Assembly: GCF_964213995.1 (NCBI RefSeq)
Contig: NC_135801.1
Coordinates: 115,506,001 to 115,570,000, forward strand
Origin: Mustelus asterias
Lineage: Eukaryota
DNA: 64,000 nucleotides
Reading direction: 5' to 3'
The notes beneath the pieces were generated by a model, which had not been told where the DNA came from, ran no database searches, and was given only the letters and a program-made list of their open reading frames with translations. Shown in pieces: positions 38,770-52,876 of the stretch. Position 1 is the first letter of the stretch. Every line of letters begins with the position of its first letter. The translations under genes were made by a program, and so were the position numbers.

Positions 38770-39749
38770 GTAGATATTTAGTTAATGATCACTGTTAATT
38801 CCCCAGGAGAATTCTGTTGCATTTTAAAATATCTCTTCAATGAAATATCCCAAACAAGGTTGTTTATATTTAATATCCTGTCTAGGCAAGCAGGCTACTT
38901 ACAGCCTTGGACAGTTTCATGTGTATTTGCAGACAAAGAGGGAGGTCACCTGACCCTCTTGACTCCATCTTGTTTCAAACATCAATCTTCCATTTTGCTT
39001 TCAAAACTAAGATGTCCACTTTTCATAAATTCACAGGTGTAGCTATGTGGGTGTGACACCCCTCTAAGTGGAAGAAAAATGTCAGTCAATAGCGTTATTT
39101 CAAGCCAAATCATGACTGCACCATGATGGGACAGAGATATAAAGGATGTCAGAAAGCATTTCATGTGGAGTGATTCATAGAGTAATCTAGGCAGAGTAGG
39201 GTAGTGAAAATAACTCTGGAATCATTCAAGAGGGTACTTGATGCTTAATAGAAAAATAAATGAGATGATTCAAAATGCCTCCTATCCCTTTTTTCTAAAT
39301 CTTTTTCAGGCTTTCATGTACTTTCGATTTTATCCATTGAATTGTATTAGTTTAATGATTAGAGCAGGTGGTTTTGATGATTGGCATTACTGCTTTGATA
39401 TCAAGTTTCCTTGTGTTTTGGAGGTTGCTGAAAAAGGAGGCAGACTGCATTATAATAGTGTAGAGTCTTTCTGAAACTCATTCCAAAAAGGCAAACAGCT
39501 GTGCAAGATGAAACATTGGACATTTGAATGAAACATTTAAAGGTCCTTTAGAACTTTATAGAATGTCCACTCCTGTGGCAGGGAATAGGACACATACAAT
39601 TTTTAGTCTGGGAGCTTGGGCTGTCCGGTTACCATGTCTCTGGGAGAGTATTTAGGATGCATCCAAAATTAATTTATTTAACATAAATCCAAAAGCCAAA
39701 AAGCATAAAGAAGAATTTAACCACAAATATGTCAAATATATGAAAAATG

Positions 39750-39755
39750 TTTATT
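39750..39755 (-). terminator. Candidate distal KDR polyadenylation signal
   Basis: Minus strand reads ...ttttAATAAAcatttttcatatatttgacatatttgtggtt (AATAAA, downstream CA, then GT-rich). Other AATAAA candidates lie near 41590, 41766 and 42140; the real 3' end is unknown. Confidence 0.3.
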
Positions 39756-40107
39756 AAAAAAATTACAGAAGTTGAACCTTTTACACATTGTCCAATTGCT
39801 AAGAACTCTAAAACAAAACATGTATAGACAAAATTGCTTCTTTACATTCGACACACATTCACTTTCAAGATTTGAGTTGTATTTAGTTTGAAATTTTAAA
39901 CAGTTTTGCGAATATTACATTTTCAGTTTTAAACCATGGATGAGTTCAACAAATTATCATGGACCAGAGATGCGCTGGTAATAAATGAGGCAGTTAAGTG
40001 GATACTTTCACTGTCAAGCAGAAAACTGATGATAGCGGACCAATCCCATCATGCATGAGGCTGATTTGCATTGACATCAATTTTCGTCATCTGACTGTGG
40101 GACATGT

Positions 40108-40455
40108 CCCGGCCTCAACCGGGATATTGGGTTCATGTCACACTATTTGTAACTCCCACAGTTGCCTGGACCTGCAGAGTTTCACTGGCTGTCTTGTCTG
40201 GAGCCAATACACATCTTTTTAGCCTGTCTTGATGCTCTCTCCACTCCCATTGTTTTGTTTCTTAAAGACTTGATTAGTTGTAAGTATTCGCATTCCAACC
40301 ATTATTCGTGTAAATTGAGTCTGTGTCTTTATAAACTCTGTTTGTGAACAGAATTCCCACTCACCTGAAGAAGGGGCTTAGAGCTCCGAAAGCTTGTGTG
40401 GCTTTTGCTACCAAATAAACCTGTTGGACTTTAACCTGGTGTTGTTAAACTTCTT
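40108..40455 (+). mobile_element. Penelope-like 3' fragment with hammerhead motif
   Basis: 14-bp TSD actgtgggacatgt (40094-40107 / 40456-40469); GLNRDIGFMSHY remnant; CTGAAGA-stem-GAAA at 40365-40391. Confidence 0.87.
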
Positions 40456-42428
40456 ACTGTGGGACATGTGACAGATCCTTTTGTATATGATTGCATTAAT
40501 TAAACTAAAGGAATAAAATAAATCATTGGAAATCAGTTAATTTGATGGCAATATGTTTTTAACGAAATCTTTTTATAGTTTGTTCCTCATGAAATGAATT
40601 TAATCCTTAAACATGTGTTTGTTGCCTAGCAAACTCATCCAAAGATGAGTAGCCTCTCTGCAAAAGTTGATTACCTCGAATGTGGTTTGTCTTAATCCAA
40701 TATGTTGGGATACCCTCACAGAAACCAAATTGTTTTATATTTAAAAAATGAATTGGATAAGGCGTATTTCCCTCATTAAAACGCATTGCTTATTAATTGA
40801 CATAATGGCACCTTTAGAAGATGCACGGCTTTCATTATCTCACCTATTTGATAATAGAACTGCTTGTCCTGCAATCTTCCATAAGGATATGTGAGAATTC
40901 CAAGTACTAAGTTAATTGGTTTCAAGAATATCAGTGCAGTCAGATCAACTGACAGATTAACATTAGAAGTAAGCCCTTGCTGACACCTATATGCTCCACT
41001 TAGAAGTACATTTTCCAAAATCAAAGTGAGCTATCAGGGGGGCGGTAGAGGAAATGGTAGAATGAATTGTTTGGCCTTCTCTGAATTTAAAGGTCTGTCC
41101 ATGTATGTTTCCAATAACAGAACAATTCATTTCCTTTAACATTATCAAATATTTCTACTATAAAACACTGATTTTTGATAAAGTTTTTGTTGACAAACTG
41201 AATTCAGATCTAAGAATTTGCAAAAACATAGTAATATATGTATTTTACAATGGCATGATTTGCCTTGATAGGATGTTACTGCGTGTCTTTTGAAATATTT
41301 CACTTTTGGAAGACAAAAAACAGAGAACTAGAAAAGTAAAATGAATAGCTGCTCAAATATTCTCTTTATATAAAGTAATTTTGTAATAAAGAATCTTTCA
41401 TTTACGAAACAATATATTGATCAATAATACATTGGGCCGTTTCCATGGTGATTGTGCAAACCATAATGAAGGCTCCAAATATTCACATTCAAAAGTAGTA
41501 AAAGAGCTGTATTTAACCAATATATATAATACACAACACAATCTTTAATCACTTCCCATTTGATGCTATATATGTTTAGTTGGAAGCATTTTATTTTGAT
41601 TGCCACTCAATGAAGAGAGTGTATGTACCACCAGATGAACTTTTCCTGGTTTTCCTATTGCCCTAATCCATCCGCCATTCCTTGAAACATAGCAGTAAGA
41701 ATGTGTCCTGTATACAACATGCTCATTCAATGAAAATCCTCTTATCTGAATTCAATATATTACATTTATTTGTGAATATGCACACATTCAACACTCAGAT
41801 GCTATAAATAGGTGCCTCTCTATACTTGCTCTCTCACACGCTCTCTCTGCGCACACTCCAATGTCTAACTGGAGAGCTATCCATCAAACAAGGATGAAAT
41901 ATGGCATTATAGGACTTATACATTCAGACAACTTCAATGTCTATTAGGAACCCAGCCTTTGTTACCATGTAACTTTCAATTGTGCAGTGTCTTTGTTCAA
42001 CAGTTGCATCTCCTCAACCTAGAATTGCTTGAAGTATAAAAGGCAGCTTGATGCAGTGCCTTATTATGAAGTAAGTTTGAGCACTAACATAATAGTCAGT
42101 GTTTTCCACTTTTTCTAGAGAGCAATTCTGACAGCCTTGTTTATTTCTTGTGTTTTGTGTGATGGAGTTGATGTGTTGGACACTGAGCTGAACAGACTGG
42201 AGTTAGCTTGGCCCGGTGATTAGTCAGCTATACAGTAGATATATCATTGGCTGCAAGTTACTCCACTGCCTTTATCAGCTATACAAAGATACCTAGTAGT
42301 TCTATTGTTTAGAATAAAGTTCATATTTTGACAATATTCTAGATAATATATGCGGTAACTTTATTCACATAAGGCTCAGGTGAATTTGCTACAAGATTGG
42401 CATCCTCTGAGTTTTTTGCAGTGAATTC

Positions 42429-42627
42429 TTAAACGGGTGGCGCACTGTATCGAATCACAAGGTTATAATCAACTGGTAAGGTGCAGAAACCTTCCTTGGT
42501 TTTTGCTTCTTCATTGGTGTAAGGAGCTGTGTCAGTATCATCAGAATGGTATCCTGACTGGTAGCCACTCGTCTGGTTAGAGCCATCAGATGTCACAGAT
42601 TCTTTACTTTTGCTGGGTATTAGAGCA
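42429..42627 (-). CDS. kdr: KDR terminal coding exon (30)
   Basis: (S)[65 protein letters not shown]; [18 protein letters not shown] matches the KDR tail; phase fits exon 29. Confidence 0.94.
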
Positions 42628-42764
42628 CTGCAGATATAAAGAAAATCTATATTACAATTTATATACATCATTCTGAAATAATGTGGGTGCAAAAATACAA
42701 TTGAGAAAGTCTCCTTTCATTTCCGAGTTGCTTTTGAACCCAGACCAAACTGATTAGATGAAAC

Positions 42765-44100
42765 ATACATAGAAACTAGAAGTAGGAGTAGATCATTCGG
42801 CCCTAAGAGCCTGCTCCACCATTCATTATGATCATGGCTGATCATTAAATTCAATACCCTGATCCCGCCTTCCCTCCATATCCTTTGATCCCTTTATCCC
42901 CAAAGGCTATATCTAATTCCTTCTTAAAATCACAAAATGTTTTGGCCTCAACTGCTTTCTGTGGTAGTGAATTCCACAGATTCACCAATCTCTGGATGAA
43001 GAAATTTCTCCTCACCTCAGTCCTAAATGGTTTACCCCTTATCCTCAAACCAGGACTCCTATTTCTGGACTCCCCCACCATTGGGAACATTCTTTCTGAA
43101 TCTACCCTGTCTAATCCTGTTAGAATTTTAAAAGTTTCCATGAGATCCCCTTTCACTCTTCTTAACTCCAGTGAATATAATCCTAACTCTCATCACATGA
43201 CAGTCCCGCCATCCCAGGAATCTGCCTGGTAAACGTTTGCTGCAGTCCCTCTATAGCAAAAACATTCTTCCTCAGATAAGGATGCAGTGGGGTGGTACAG
43301 TGGCACAATGGTTAGCACTGCTGCCTCACAGCGCCAGGGACCTGGGTTCAATTCTGACCTTGGGTCACTGTCTGTGTGGAGTTTGCACATTCTCCCCATG
43401 TCTGTGTGGGTTTCCTCCACATACTCTGGTTTCCTCACACAGTCCAAACATGTGTGGGTTAGGTGGATTGGCCATGCTAAATTGCTCCTTAGTGTCAAGG
43501 AGATTAGCAGGGTAAATATGTGGGGTTATGGGGATAGGGCCTGGGTGGGATTGTTTTCGGTCCAAGCTCGATGGGCCAAATGGCCTCTTTCTGCATTGTA
43601 GGGATTCTATGGAATTTTATAAAGACACCAAAAATGCAGGTGTGGCCTCACCAATGCTCTACACAATTGCAATAAATATTCCTTTTCCTATACTCAAGTC
43701 CTCTCACTATGAAGGTCAACATACCATTTGCCTTCTTTACTGCCTGCCTCACCTGCACACTTACTTTCACTGACTGATGCACGAGGACACCAAGGTCTCG
43801 CTGAGTATCCATCTCTCTCAATTTACAACCATTCAAATAATAATCTGTCTTCCTATTATTGCTACCGAAGTGGATATGCTCAGATTTATCCACGTTATAC
43901 TGCATCTGCCATTCATATGCCCACTCACTCAGCCTGTCCAAGTCACGCTGAAGCATCTCTGCATCCTCCTCACAGCTCACCCTCCCACTCAACTTTGTAT
44001 CATCTGCAAATTTGGAGATAGTACATTTTATTCCCTCATCCAAATCATTAATATATAATGTGAACAGTTGGGGGTCTCAACACAGATCTCTGTGGTACCC
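42765..44100 (-). mobile_element. CR1 fragment in the last KDR intron, split by an HE1 SINE
   Basis: ORFs ISKFADDTKL...QRDLDRLSEW and GDLMETFKIL...FFIQRLVNLWNSLP. Confidence 0.88.
43289..43620 (+). mobile_element. HE1 V-SINE
   Basis: tRNA head, V-domain and gggattctatg tail. Confidence 0.88.
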
Positions 44101-46176
44101 CAATTGGAAAATTTTAAATGTTATATGTTGGCCATAAGAGTCATTAATGAAATGGGTTGGGTGAAAATCAGCCCACTACCTAATGTGTCAAAGTGCAAAG
44201 CTAACTTTAAATCATCACAAAATGTGCAGAATTTCTTTGCAGGGACATTGGTGCTATTATTAGATTTGGTCCTGCACAGTTTCTGCTTCTGGAACATCCT
44301 GTCGACTCCCTGGGCTTTTCTGAGATTGCCTTTTGGGATTTTTTTCATTTACATACTGCTGGCGCACCCCCAATGATATTGAACTGGAAGCATGGAGACT
44401 GGGAACAGTGAATTTCTGATGGCTGCAAATTGTCTAATGCTGCTTCTGCTGTGTGTTTTACCATGCATGATGGGTCTGTCAGTCCCTTCGGAGGTGGAAA
44501 GATGGCACCTTTTTATCAAAGAGCCCTTAAGTTGTGAGTTGGGGACGTGATGCCAAGGCAGCTTGCCATTTTTGAATCTGAGGGGCATGTCCTTGGCAAG
44601 CTGCAATCAGCAATGCCCGGGCAAAGATAGCTTAACAAATAGATACAGTTTATGTGATATGATCTTTACACACAGCTCCCTTGATAGGCACAAAGCCAAC
44701 AAGATGTCCTGCACTTCAGGCACTCCTGCCTCACATTTAAGGAGAAGGGGGAATCCCAAAAGAGTTCCATGATTTCCACAGGGTACTAGTGTCGAGCTCA
44801 GGCAAACTGCTTAATGGTGTATGGAGTGAAACTTAAATACAAACCAAAAAAAGGGCAACAAGTTAAAGGTGTAGGGCAAAGAAACTACAACAGAACAAAC
44901 ACATAAATGCATATACAAAAAAAAGCTCCAAAAGCATGATTGTTGAATAACTTCAAAATATCAGGCAGAACAATGTTAAGGGTATTTCAGATGGCTGTGT
45001 ATTTGTAGCAATGTGTCCCTGCATGAACAAAAATTAATGCCCAGTAATGCTGGCAGGTCTCCTGCACTCCATGTATAGGACCAGCAGGGAAATCAAGTAC
45101 CAAGTGGTCACAAGATCTGTACCCTGGTTATTTCCACCTGTGCAATTCTTAGTATATAAAAACTGAACCCCAGTCCCTAAATTGTCATTCTTAAAAGGGT
45201 TTTAAAAAAATTTGTTCATGGGATGTGAGTGTCATTGGCTGGACCAGAATTTATTGCCCATCCCTAACTGCCTTTGGTATGATTATGGTCTTCTTGAACC
45301 ATTGCAGTATGTGTGTTGTAGGTACACCCACAGTGCTGTTAGGAAGGGAATTCCAGGATTTTGACCCAGTGACAGTGAAGGAACAGCAATATAGTTGAAC
45401 ACATTGATCTTAAAGGGAACCACTAAGACCTTCAATCTATATGGCCAATAACTTACGTAAATGCCTGCCTGTTCTTAACTGGAAATTTCTCCCAGCCCCT
45501 TGAAAAGAAATCTTGATCTGGCAAGCAAATGGAATTTTCCATCACTTTAGAACAAATAGTTTGTGATAAATCCTTTATGGTTCCTCTGAGATGCAGCAGA
45601 ATAACATTGTACTGTTTTACTATCTTAGGATTTAAAAATCCATTTGATATGAACTAAATAAAAGTGATATTGACTCCAAGCACAACACATTCCCACTTCC
45701 ATTGGGAAGTATATCGGATATTAAATATTTTTGACTCATCAGAAAACAATTTCCTGAACACAAAACTAAAGCTGCCAAAATAAATCACACTTTTCAGTTT
45801 TACTCCAATATTCTAAATTCCATTATTAGGAATAACTGAAGTGATTTATCCTCCCACAGGGAAAAACTGTAAAGACACCCCAGGAATGAAAATATAAAAC
45901 AACTTCTTGTTAGGGCTGGAGCTGTCCTGAAATCTCACAATGTGAGGAAGATGTGCACTTGCAAAATTAGTCCATGTTTCCCTAAAATCTATGACATTCG
46001 CCAGAAAGACATCCACTCTGGAGAAGGAAATCTGATAAGGTACAAAACAAGATGGTGTTTCACATTATTCTCTTGATAAAAATGATGCACGGTTCTACTG
46101 AACATCTCTTTCCCCAAAGAAAACAATTTCTAATGAAGGCAATTACTATAAATCACCATGGGCCATGCAAACTTAC

Positions 46177-46262
46177 CTAAATGCCAAACTCTGACTCTGC
46201 CTTGTCCCCAGTGTTTGAAGTTCTTCTGATGAAAGTATCATGCCACTGTCAGTCTGGTTATC
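46177..46262 (-). CDS. kdr: KDR exon (29)
   Basis: DNQTDSGMILSSEELQTLGTRQSQSLAF; 86 bp; ag/gt. Confidence 0.93.
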
Positions 46263-46759
46263 CTAGTAAGGAAAAAAACACTCAATGTTGACTTCTTTAT
46301 AAGGAAGTGTAGAGTAAGAAAGGGCAATCATCTCAACATGTCTGCTCTGTTCACTGGCTATGTGCAGCTCATTGTTATGAACTCTACTCCACTCTTTTGA
46401 TCATCTGAGAGAAAGTACTCTATAAAATGCATCCTGATTCCTTGAGCAAAACCACAGGATAGCCATACACAATGGTATCACCAGCATTAAACCTGCTATC
46501 ATCCTACAAACATCAACTTGTCTCCATGCTCCAGTCCCCATTCTTTCCTTTGTAGCTCAAGACCTGTTATATCCTTTCCTTCTCCCCATGTCCTCGGTGA
46601 ACAATATGCTTTGTCTGTAACGACTCACAAGAAACAATACTTTTCACTGTATCCCAATACATGACAATAATAAATCAATTCAAAAAAAAATTCAATTCAA
46701 TCCTCTTGAATATTTGATCTTATCAGTGCATATTTCATTATCTCTCCAACCACCAAACC

Positions 46760-47047
46760 TTAAGACCATAAGACCATAAGACATAGGAGCGGAAGTAAGG
46801 CCATTCGGCCCATCGAGTCCACTCCACCATTCAATCATGGTTGATTTCAACTCCATTTACCCGCTCTCTCCCCATAGCCCTTAATTCCTCGAGAAATCAA
46901 GAATTTATCAATTTCTGTCTTGAAGACGCTCAACGTCTCGGCCTCCACAGCCCTCTGTGGCAATGAATTCCACAGACCCACCACTCTCTGGCTGAAGAAA
47001 TTTCTCCTCATCTCTGTTCTAAAGTGACTCCCTTTTATTCTAAGGCT
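46760..47047 (-). mobile_element. Young CR1 3' end
   Basis: FRTEMRRNFFSQRVVGLWNSLPQRAVEA; tail of (taagacca) repeats on the plus strand. Confidence 0.88.
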
Positions 47048-47485
47048 TATTTGAAATAAAGATTTATTTATCTGTTTTTGTAAGTAACGAATTGGTTCAA
47101 ACTCTGGCAGTCTTTTCCATACCCATATATACACTGAATTCCCTCTAACCTCTCGACTCACTTGTTCTTTGCTCTCATTATGGGGCAGCAGTGGCAGAGC
47201 CTCATTTATTGTCCATTCCTAGGCACCCTGAGAAGATGATGGCAGGCTTTCTCCTTGAACTACTGCCATGCTGCTGATAACAATGCTTCCACAATGTATT
47301 AAAATTGTTCATTCTGAACTGCTGTTTCCTTCATGTTTGTGTTTGTTACTCTAACTCAAATTGCCTACCAACATCTGTGTTACCTCTGTCTCAATTTATC
47401 CTAATGTCACGAAGAAATAATTAAGAACCAAATCTGTGATTTCGACTTGGAAAATAAAGACTTAATTTGGTGGATCTATATGTAC

Positions 47486-47579
47486 CTCTTGTACAACGAT
47501 AGCTGTTTGTTCCACAGGTACCTCATCAAAGGTTTTAACACTCTCAGGCCTGTTTCGCTTATTACTGCCATTCAGATAT
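47486..47579 (-). CDS. kdr: KDR exon (28)
   Basis: (R)YLNGSNKRNRPESVKTFDEVPVEQTAIVVQE; ttccag|A TAT ... GAG|gtac; 94 bp, phase 2 to 0. Confidence 0.9.
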
Positions 47580-48402
47580 CTGGAAAAATAAACACGATCC
47601 ATGGTATACAGTGTTCCAAAACGCATGTTCCAAAACGCCAGAAAGGATTTATTTTCCCATTGACATCACTGTAGCAATGGCACCAAATAGAAAGTACAAT
47701 ACTTCCATAAATAAACTTATGTAAGGAGCGATTCTGCAAACCAACTCTCCTGGCACAGATTGGAGTTCACAGGAGTGCATCTCAGAACAGTGCCTGCGAT
47801 TTGTCAACTAATAAGGGCTCAAATTTCCCAAGGTTCTCTCCCTGTGAGTACTGGTGCCCCAAAGGAGCACCAAATCACAGAGTCACCCTGTGATCTTGTG
47901 GGTTTTACAGACCAATACATTTTTAATAGTTCCTTACCCCACCCATGCCTCCCCCACCCACCCCACCTCCCTCCAGTTCATCCACTGACAAAGGAGGGCT
48001 GAGAATTTTTATCCTGTGAAATTTGAAGGTAACGGCACCAAATATGACCTATTGTCATTACTAGCAGTCATCTTGACATACTGAAAGCATCCAGCTTACT
48101 GACTATGAGCTGTCAGCTAATTATTTATCATCTATTGTAACTTACAGTAGCTGTCTTATCAACTGGTACATTGTTTTATCATGACTACTTTAACACTTTG
48201 GGTTTTATCCACTGTTGGAATGTTTCCATGAATTGTTCCACTCATTGTTCAGTGTTACATCGCACAACTTTAATGTTTAATCCTCTGAGCTGACCTACAA
48301 ATCAAACATAATGGCTCAGCACCATTTCCTCTTATTTTCCTTCTGTTCACAGACACACAAAAGCTTCCTTTAGGAACGATAGGATGTCTATCAGGTAATT
48401 AC

Positions 48403-48548
48403 CGTATTCCTGCTGTGTTGTCGTAGTGGAATCTTGGATCACACCCTTCCTGTTCCTCTGTACAGGAAGCAGGTGAAGTTGGCAGAGAAAGCCCGGAATC
48501 ATCTTCTAGAGTCAGTGACATGTTGAGTGGAATATAATCCTTTCCATC
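48403..48548 (-). CDS. kdr: KDR C-tail exon (27) with Y1175 and Y1214 equivalents
   Basis: [48 protein letters not shown]; the FHYDNTAGI motif is typical of KDR; 146 bp. Confidence 0.95.
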
Positions 48549-50026
48549 CTAAAAATTGGAGGGAGAGACATTTTTATATTTGCTGCAGGCATTGTATGCA
48601 AAGAAAAAGCACCAATACTGTGCAGTAACACTTGGGGGTGGGATTTTATGGCCTCGCTCGTCCCGAAACCGGAATATCCCGCCCGAGGTCAATGAATCTT
48701 TCCATGTTCCGCCCCTGGCCCGCTCCGATTCCCTTGGCGGGCCGGGTGGTAAAATTCCAGTCTTGGACTCAAACCTATCTGAAAGATTGAACAAGCTATA
48801 TTGCAATGTTGTCTTCAATTCCCAGCTGACTTAAATCTACAATATTCAGTGAAAGATAAATCAGACTCCTGAAATATGTGTGAACTGCATGGAATTTATT
48901 TAGGTACGTAATTGCAATTAATGGATAAAGTATCATTTTGGAATAACAGGACAAAAAAGATAAACATAAGCGTTCACTTGAAAATAATTCTGAACTAACG
49001 TTATTATTTATCACTTCCAGCACTTGTTCTGGCCAGAATACAGCACCCTTTAAGAGGTGCTGACTAAGCACACGGTTGGGTAGCTGTACTTTTTGGTAGG
49101 AGGTCCACTTTGGGGCGAGGTTAGCACCTCTTAAAGCTACCTTGCACTACTTAAAGCCAGCCAGTCAAGTGTAAGAAGCTGGGGAAGACTGTCTGGCCAG
49201 GAGCCTCAGTGCAGGTGGAGAGGGGGAATGATGTATTCTAACCACACAGAGCCAGGTCCCCAGTCAGACATTATGAAAAGCAGTGGGAGCATAGAGGCAA
49301 CATAGTCAATGCCACAAGTCTAGCCTGAATACATGGAATCAGTGCTGCAAGAAGATCAGGGGTGACCTTAAGCCCACGCTTGCCATCCATGTGAATGCTG
49401 GTGGGGGCTCAAGATCCAGAAATCGCAGTTCTCGCCACGAATTCAGGATTTCCGATCTTTCCCTTCCTCCGTCAGCGATATCATCAGGTTCATTCCCATA
49501 ATGGGTATGAACCTATTTTACATGAATTTGAATGTATTTAAATGTGATTAACCTGCCCCCTCGCCAGATATTGACCCCCACCAGCGTATAGTGACACCCC
49601 TCTGACGTGATGTCATGTCGGCGCAGTTTACAACAGGTTCACACAGACGTGAACCTGTTGTGAGTGTCTTCCCGAGGGCGTAAAGGTAAGTATAGTCCCT
49701 GGGGGAGAGGGACAGGGCCAGGCAATGGCCTGTTAATGTCTCCTGACACTGCACTCGACACAGATTGGCACCTGCACTTAACACAGCCAACCGTTTGAGT
49801 ATCAACCTGCAAAATCCTTCCAAATGCCAATGGCAGGCAGCAAGAGTAGAAGAGGCTCTTGGTCAGCCATGCTTGATGCGGAGTGGCACCCCTTAAGTTA
49901 TGAGCCTCTGGGAACAGGGTAGTGACCTGTTCCAGGAAAAAATAACTATGAAATCAGATGAAAGTCTGTCTTGTTGCAGGAAGAGGAACAACAAATAGAC
50001 AGTACATTTTACAAAGACACACTTAC

Positions 50027-50132
50027 CTGTTGAGCATTTGTCTGCAGTAGGTTTCCTAGGTGCTCCACTAGTTCAGAAAAGACAGGCCTTGCTTTGTAGT
50101 CCCCATGCCAACAGTCCAGCATTGTCTGATAG
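50027..50132 (-). CDS. kdr: KDR exon (26)
   Basis: [35 protein letters not shown]; 106 bp; ag/gt. Confidence 0.95.
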
Positions 50133-51024
50133 CTGATGGGACAGAACAATTCAGATGTTCACCATTTACTTGGATATTACATGAAATAATCCATTCAAAG
50201 GGTCCTGTCCATGTCATATATACGAGTATTGAAATGTCCTTGAACAAGTTGCTGCCTGTCAAATCCATGATAACTGTTCACAGAAGTCCCATGTTTGAAT
50301 CCCTTCAATCAAGTTTCCACCTCTGCTGCATTACCAAAACAGCTTCTATCAAGGTACAAATGACATCCTATGAGGTTGTGATAAAGGTAAACTTTCCCTC
50401 CTCTTCCAAGGGATATGGGAGGGGGGGCGCGAGGCAGGATAAGGATATTGAATTTGATGATTAGCCATAATCAAAATAAATGGCTTGAAAGGCTGAATGG
50501 CCCACTCTTGCTTCTAGTTTCTATGTTTCTTAACCTGTCTGCAGACATTGACATGGTCAACCATCCTATCCTTCTCCAAAATCACCCAGTGGGATGGGAC
50601 TGTATTTGCCTCACTGCATTCTTGGCCAGAGGATAACCTGCAATGGTTTTTCTTCCCAGATCATTAGCTCTGGTGTCTCCTTGGCCCCATCCAATTTTTC
50701 ATCCACAGCAAAATCATTCAAAAACACATAATTTTTCACATGTCAGAAGGATGTTTTATAAATGTTTGAAAAGAGAAATAAAACTACAGTGCTGTAGGGA
50801 AAGAGGAGGAGGGTGAGACTAATTGGATAATCATCCAAAGGCTACAAGATTCTACAAAAACATGTTCCTAGGAGAATAAGCAACCCTGTGGACATCCTTC
50901 TTATGTACTGGATTACAGAGGCCTGTGATTGAATATACTTTGGCGAAATGCATTTCAAATGCCGTAACTCAATCAATGAGAATCTACGAAATAAATTGGC
51001 ATGAAAACAATGGCATGGACTTAC

Positions 51025-51124
51025 ATTTCTGCAGATGCATATTCAGGACATCGCATTCGTGTGCCTTCTTTCAGCCTTTGACAAAATTCTTCATCAATCT
51101 GGACACCAGGGTATGGAGAAGCAC
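51025..51124 (-). CDS. kdr: KDR exon (25)
   Basis: (G)[32 protein letters not shown]; 100 bp; ag/gt. Confidence 0.95.
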
Positions 51125-51182
51125 CTAAGAAGTGATTCGTAAGAGCAGGACATGTCAACTTCACTGGGAAAATCACTTTTTA

Positions 51183-51362
<180 letters not shown>

Positions 51363-51654
51363 CTACAAGTGAACACATTGTTAGTTTACATTATAAATTC
51401 TTATCTAAATATTCCAAAGGATGACTTAAGATTACATTATTTTATATCATAAAGTATAATCATAAGGCTTAGGTAGAAGTAGATCAATTATCAATGATAG
51501 GTTCAATTTCCAATCCTTTAAATCAAATCGGCTCCATAATATGCAGACAATCCAATTCACCATTATGCTTCATTATCATAATTTCTAAATGTGCATGCCA
51601 AGGTTCTCTCAGTTCAGATTGCTGAGCTGCAGCACTCGCAGAATTAAATTTTCA

Positions 51655-51876
<222 letters not shown>

Positions 51877-52319
51877 TCACCATTTGTGCAATCATTACAC
51901 GGGCAGCAGTCCAGCTGGATCTGATAGAGAAATGTCTACAAGAATGGCTGAGAAAAATATTTTTGTGGCAGGAAAAGGAATTACCATTGCTTTCAAAAGA
52001 AGTCAGAGCACATGGTTGTGGAGAATGAGGTAGAGCACAATGTTGTACAATGAGTATTGGCAAGTCAGCAGCTTGTTTTACCTCTCTTCTGGTTTTTATT
52101 TCTATTGAGAACAGGTGTAAAACAGGTTGGCCACTTGCTATATCATTCATCGCACAAAGTCAACATCTACCCCAATTCATTTAAAAGAGTGGCCATTGAC
52201 ATAAACGAAATGTATTGACAAAAAGGCAGTGCAATTGATGAAGGTTCGATAGTCTCCATGTTATGGAAACTATGTTATGGGAAATTAGTGAAAAGTGAGG
52301 GCAAGTTATGGTTTTCTAC

Positions 52320-52417
52320 CTTTCGCGATGCCAGGAACTCCATCCCCCTGGCTACCTGGAAGCTGTAAGAGATAAGGTCCTCCATTGTCAACCAGTTTTT
52401 GTAAAGGTCATCGGCAG
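52320..52417 (-). CDS. kdr: KDR exon (22)
   Basis: (A)[32 protein letters not shown]; 98 bp; ag/gt. Confidence 0.95.
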
Positions 52418-52719
52418 CTGTTAAAAAATGAAAGGAAGTGTGAGTTGGTGGAGCTGGGTCCTAAAAAGCTGCTTCTGTTTTAATTCACTTCATTTATGTG
52501 CATCTTTTGATAACGGTTGTTAAATTTACAATCACATTTTATCAAAATAAACTTCTATTTGCAACGTGATTCATCTAATACTTTAGCCAAGAAGCTTTTA
52601 AATATGAAATGAACATCTCTTCATGCACTTTGCTTCATCACAGTTTCAGAAATTAAGCAATGATGCCCATTCAAAGGTAGACTTGTGGAAATTTGGAATG
52701 AGGTGCATCATCACTTTAC

Positions 52720-52876
52720 CTTCCTCCTCTTCCACCTCACTCAGTGATTTCTCTTCTGCAAATCCAGAGCTGGTGGAGCTCTCACTACTTGCAATGCTGT
52801 CCAAACGCCGTTTAAACTCATTCTCCATCTCAGCAGGATCTTTTTCTTTCATCTGTCTTAACTTCAGTGCTTTACT
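52720..52876 (-). CDS. kdr: KDR kinase-insert exon (21)
   Basis: SKALKLRQMKEKDPAEMENEFKRRLDSIASSESSTSSGFAEEKSLSEVEEEE; 157 bp; ag/gt. Confidence 0.93.

Noticed and set aside
46847-47161. RYLQKQ in this ORF as KDR exon 28
   Set aside because: Most of the ORF is a CR1 3' end; the real exon with SVKTF and correct phases is at 47486-47579.
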